This document shows, in pieces, positions 60,346-64,000 of a stretch of DNA of 64,000 nucleotides. A program made the translations under genes and the position numbers. Numbering within the stretch: the first letter of the stretch is position 1; the number at the start of each line of letters is the position of its first letter. Origin of the DNA: an uncultured Myxococcales bacterium (GTDB lineage: Bacteria > Myxococcota > Kuafuiibacteriia > Kuafuiibacteriales > Kuafuiibacteriaceae); contig CAYYOT010000018.1 in the NCBI GenBank assembly GCA_964473255.1, positions 1,153 to 65,152 of the forward strand, read 5' to 3'. The notes below the pieces were generated by a model. It was not told where the DNA came from. It worked only from the letters and a program-made list of their open reading frames with translations, and did not search any database.

Positions 60346-60428
60346 TCCGCGGTCTTAGCAGATCGCTCTCGGGCTGGGCTTCAGAAAACACTTCCGTCGG
60401 GCGAGCACCCGGACCACGGTAGAAGGAC

Positions 60429-62261
60429 GTGAATTCCGGGGGATGGCAGCCGTGGCTCGGCCTGGCGTTGGCTGAAGCGAGTCTCTTCGTCGGGCCCGCG
60501 CTAGCCGCCGGGACGAGCATGCGCTGGTCGTCGCTCATCGATGGCTTCGTGCTGACGTCGATCCTGGCTCTGGTCGGGCTCCACTTGTTCCCGCAGGTTT
60601 TCGCCGAGCTGGGCCTCTGGGCACTCGCCGCCGCCGTGGCCGGCTTTGCCCTCCCCGCGCTGCTCCACGGCATCGGCCGCGGGGCAGCCCGCCTGGAGGG
60701 CGCCGTCTTGGGACTGGCGGCCTTCGGGCTCGGCGTGCACGCCGCGCTCGATGGTGCTGCGCTGGCGGCAACCGCACATGCCAGGGACTACCAGCCCGTC
60801 GTGTGGGCCGTGGCGCTCCATCGCGTGCCGGTGGGTCTCTTCGTGTGGTGGACCATCCGACCGCGGGCTGGCCCGAGATGGGCGACGCTGGCGCTGCTGG
60901 CAATCGGGCTTGCTACGCTGGGGGGGTTCGGTCTCGCCGCGCCGCTCGAGGGGATGCTGGGCGTTCCGTTTACCTCGGTGGTCGTCGCCTTCGTGTCCGG
61001 CTCGCTCCTTCACGTCCTCGTCGACCATGGGCCGACCCGCAACCCCGCACCCAGTCGGAGACTCGAGCTCCTCGGAGGAGTCTTGGGACTGGCGACGGTC
61101 GGCGCCGGCGAGTGGGAGCACCACTTCGTACAGGTCGAGCCTTTCGCGCGGGCTTTTCTGGCCCTCGCGCTCGATGCGGCGCCCGCGCTTCTGGCTGGCT
61201 ACCTTCTCGCCGGTCTAATCAAGAGCTTCGTGCCGCCCTCTTCAATGGCGTGGCTCGCTCGCGGCTCGACGTGGTCGCAGGCGGCTCGGGGCACCCTTTT
61301 CGGAGCACCGCTTCCCATCTGCTCGTGCAGCGTTCTGCCCGTGTACAAGGGTCTCGTGGACGGAGGCGTGCCGACGGCAGCGGCCGTCGCCTTCCTGGTC
61401 GCGACCCCCGAGCTCGGCATCGAGACCATCTTCCTGTCGGTCAGTCTCCTTGGGCGCGAACTGACGGCGGCCCGGGTGGTCGCGGCCGTGGCGACGTCGC
61501 TGATCGTCGGCGTGCTGGTCGGTAACCGCTGGCCGACCGTTTCCACGGACGTTCAGGCCTCGAAGTCGCCCGTCGCTCCTACCTTCAAGGCTCGGCTGGT
61601 GGCCGCGGCCCGGTTCGGGCTCGGAGAGGTCGTCGTCCACACCGCCGCCTGGATCGTGTTGGGCCTGATGGTCGCCGCCGCGATCCCCCATTCGAGTCTC
61701 GGGCCGTGGCTGAGTACGCTGCCTCCCTGGATGGAGGTACCGCTCTTCGCCGTGGTCTCCGTCCCCCTATACGTCTGCGCCTCCGGAGCCACGCCGCTGG
61801 CCGCCGGCCTGTGGGCCGGGGGCGCCAGCCCGGGCGCGGTGCTCGCGTTTCTGCTCGCCGGCCCCGCGACCAACCTCACGACCTTCGGTGTCCTGGGCCG
61901 ACTTCACGGTCGTCGGGCCTCGCTCTTCTTCGCGGCCACCATGATCGGGTTGGCCTGCGGAGCCGGAATACTCGTCAACCTCGCATTTGCTCGGGGCGCG
62001 GTCGAAGCCCCCCAGCCCGTCGCGCATGCTCACGGCGTCCTTTCTTGGACCTGCCTGGTTCTCCTGACCGCCATCTTCGCTCGCTCGGTCGCGGTCCAGG
62101 GGATCCGGGGCGTCCTACGCGGCCTTTTCCATGTCGACACGCCCGGTTCGGCCCACGACCACGGTCACCATCACGGTCACCACGGTCACGCTCACGACGA
62201 ACTCACCGTCCCACGAGGAGCCAGCGAAACATCGGTATCCACGTCAGCTCATACTGGGTAA
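60429..62261 (+). CDS. ZIP-like domain fused to DUF318 permease, with His-rich tail
   Basis: N-terminal half has HAALDG, LHRVPVG, GSLLH; C-terminal half has PLPICSC, ATPE, PLYVCAS, AGPATN; tail HDHGHHHGHHGHAHD. Confidence 0.8.
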   Translation: MNSGGWQPWLGLALAEASLFVGPALAAGTSMRWSSLIDGFVLTSILALVGLHLFPQVFAELGLWALAAAVAGFALPALLHGIGRGAARLEGAVLGLAAFGLGVHAALDGAALAATAHARDYQPVVWAVALHRVPVGLFVWWTIRPRAGPRWATLALLAIGLATLGGFGLAAPLEGMLGVPFTSVVVAFVSGSLLHVLVDHGPTRNPAPSRRLELLGGVLGLATVGAGEWEHHFVQVEPFARAFLALALDAAPALLAGYLLAGLIKSFVPPSSMAWLARGSTWSQAARGTLFGAPLPICSCSVLPVYKGLVDGGVPTAAAVAFLVATPELGIETIFLSVSLLGRELTAARVVAAVATSLIVGVLVGNRWPTVSTDVQASKSPVAPTFKARLVAAARFGLGEVVVHTAAWIVLGLMVAAAIPHSSLGPWLSTLPPWMEVPLFAVVSVPLYVCASGATPLAAGLWAGGASPGAVLAFLLAGPATNLTTFGVLGRLHGRRASLFFAATMIGLACGAGILVNLAFARGAVEAPQPVAHAHGVLSWTCLVLLTAIFARSVAVQGIRGVLRGLFHVDTPGSAHDHGHHHGHHGHAHDELTVPRGASETSVSTSAHTG

Positions 62262-62907
62262 AGCCCGCCCGGCGAGCGAGTGCCTGGAGATCGTCGCGCT
62301 TGAACGCGCGATTGACCGAAACCGGAGCGTCGAACCGCACGTAGCGCGGGCTCCGGCGGAGCCACGTCAACCACTTCGACGCCTCGAACGGGATCCGGTG
62401 GCGATGAAGATCGTTGATGATCACCGCGGACCGGGCCGCGCGCCGCATCGCCTTTAGCGCCTGAACCGCTTCGTCACCGTCGAAGTGGTGCAGAGTCAAA
62501 GCCATGTGCACGACGTCGTAGGACCGCGGCGCCAGCTGAAAGAGGTTCGCGTGCTCGAAGCTCGACCTTTGGCTTGCATGGTGGGCACGCGCGAAGCCGA
62601 TGGCCGCGTCATCGTCGTCGATCCCAATGTAGCGAGCACTCAGGCCCCGACGATCCGCCCACTCGAGGACGCGCGGAGCGAGCTCCCCGCCCCCGCAGCC
62701 TACGTCCAGGAAGGTGAAGGTCCGCGCTGCCTCGAGTCCTCGCGCTCGATTCAGTCCGGCGAGCGTCGTGGCATGGCCTCCGAGCCAGCGGTTGATCCAG
62801 GCCAGCTCCCGATAGACCCCCACGAGCTCTTCCGGGTCTGCGTCACGGGCATCCATCAACTCCGGCGTCCGGCTGCGCGCGGTCTCATAGGCGGGAACGA
62901 TGGTCAC
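62203..62907 (-). CDS. Class I SAM-dependent methyltransferase
   Basis: RSRTPELMD...INRWLGG, LDVGCGGG, LHHF, INDLHR, DAPVSVNRAF; start approximate. Confidence 0.85.
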   Translation of the reverse strand: MTIVPAYETARSRTPELMDARDADPEELVGVYRELAWINRWLGGHATTLAGLNRARGLEAARTFTFLDVGCGGGELAPRVLEWADRRGLSARYIGIDDDDAAIGFARAHHASQRSSFEHANLFQLAPRSYDVVHMALTLHHFDGDEAVQALKAMRRAARSAVIINDLHRHRIPFEASKWLTWLRRSPRYVRFDAPVSVNRAFKRDDLQALARRAGFTQYELTWIPMFRWLLVGR

Positions 62908-62974
62908 CGGCGCAGGTGAACGGCTCGCTGGGCTGTCGTCCAGCCCTTCCCGTCCTTGCGGGCCGACCTGCCCC

Positions 62975-64000
62975 TCAGGTCTCGCGCTCGAGCCGGCGAT
63001 AGAGGGTCCGGCGGTCCAGACCCAAGATCTTCGCCGCGCGACTCTTGTTGCCATCGACCGCGCTCAGGACGGTGCGGATGTAGCGCTTCTCCAGATCGCT
63101 GAGGGTCATCATCGACTCCGGCGCCCCGTCATCGTCGACCACGAGTCGGGCGCTCTGGTGCTCTCGGATCTTGGGCGGCAGATCGTCGATCATGACCTGA
63201 TCGAAGCGCGTCAGCGTCACCGCTCGCTCGATCGCGTTCTCGAGTTCGCGTACGTTGCCCGGCCAGTCGTAGTCGAGAAGCCGCTGGGCCGCCGACGAGG
63301 ACAGCCCGCGAACCTCCTTGCCGGCGCGCTTGGCGAAACGCGTCACGAACTTCTGAGCCAGGACCAGAATGTCGTTCCCGCGCTCGGCGAGCGGCGGCAG
63401 GTCGACCTGCACGACGTTGATGCGGTAGTAGAGGTCTTCTCGAAATCGGCCTTCCTCGACCAAGGCTTCGAGATCCCGATGCGTCGCGGCCACGATACGC
63501 ACATCGACCTCCACTTCGCCGTCGCCGCCCACCGGCCGTACCCGTCGCTCCTGAAGAACCCGCAGCAGCTTGGGCTGGACGTCGAGCGGCATCTCACCGA
63601 TCTCGTCGAGGAAAAGCGTTCCTCCGGCCGCCCCGACGAAGAGCCCTTCCCGCCGGCGACGAGCGTCGGTGAAGGCGCCCTGCACATGCCCGAAAAGCTC
63701 GCTCTCGAGCAGAGTCGAGGGCACGGCTGGCAGGTTGACAGCCACGAACGGGCCGTCCGCTCGGTCGCTCAGTCGATGGAGAGCGCGGGCGGCGAGTTCC
63801 TTGCCCGTGCCGCTCGGTCCGGAGATCAGCACGGTGGCGTCACTGTCGGCGACCCGCTGCAGCAGGTCGCGCACCCGCTCCATCTGTGAGCTGTCGCCGA
63901 GAAGCTCGTCGACCGAGGGACGCTCGGCCACCCGGTCACGGAGCCGGCGCACCTCCTCACGCAACGCTCGATGATCCAGCGCGCGCTCCAGGAGGACGGG
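62975..64000 (-). CDS. Sigma54-dependent (NtrC-type) transcriptional activator, 5'-truncated by the window edge
   Basis: GPSGTGKE, ESELFGH..GAFTDA, FLDEIGE, WPGNVRELEN, Fis-type HTH NKSRAAKILG. Confidence 0.93.
   Translation of the reverse strand, partial: PVLLERALDHRALREEVRRLRDRVAERPSVDELLGDSSQMERVRDLLQRVADSDATVLISGPSGTGKELAARALHRLSDRADGPFVAVNLPAVPSTLLESELFGHVQGAFTDARRRREGLFVGAAGGTLFLDEIGEMPLDVQPKLLRVLQERRVRPVGGDGEVEVDVRIVAATHRDLEALVEEGRFREDLYYRINVVQVDLPPLAERGNDILVLAQKFVTRFAKRAGKEVRGLSSSAAQRLLDYDWPGNVRELENAIERAVTLTRFDQVMIDDLPPKIREHQSARLVVDDDGAPESMMTLSDLEKRYIRTVLSAVDGNKSRAAKILGLDRRTLYRRLERET

Noticed and set aside
63660-63685. GAFTDA instead of GAFTGA in the sigma54 activator
   Set aside because: A common natural variant among enhancer-binding proteins; not evidence of novelty.

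Overview
GC-rich, gene-dense bacterial chromosomal segment, most likely Myxococcota (MYXO-CTERM-tailed S8 protease, NtrC-type sigma54 activator). It holds about 62 protein-coding genes, mostly housekeeping or accessory metabolism: Rieske-glutamate synthase-like fusion, MacAB-TolC-type exporter, four-glycosyltransferase cluster, ppk2, Fur/PerR-like regulator, moeA, speD-speE, mutA-mutB-meaB, purE-purK, cardiolipin synthase, redoxins and two DUF318-type metal permeases. I saw no rRNA, tRNA, CRISPR array, IS or prophage. The best candidate for an undescribed system is a tightly coupled four-gene operon with its own sigma70-like promoter: gsmt-sdmt-(D-2-hydroxyglutarate dehydrogenase-like)-serA. 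It would join de novo glycine betaine synthesis to serine/glycine/one-carbon supply. Other notable items are an 80-nt hairpin covering the translation start region of a PAS-only gene, a sigma54 promoter with enhancer-like repeats inside the glycosyltransferase cluster, recurring leaderless-gene promoter geometry, and a ZIP-DUF318 fusion. Four genes carry lesions (two frameshifts, one deletion, one in-frame TGA) that may be assembly errors. All calls come from reading motifs by eye, with no database searches; several start codons were re-chosen from the ORF track and are inferences.
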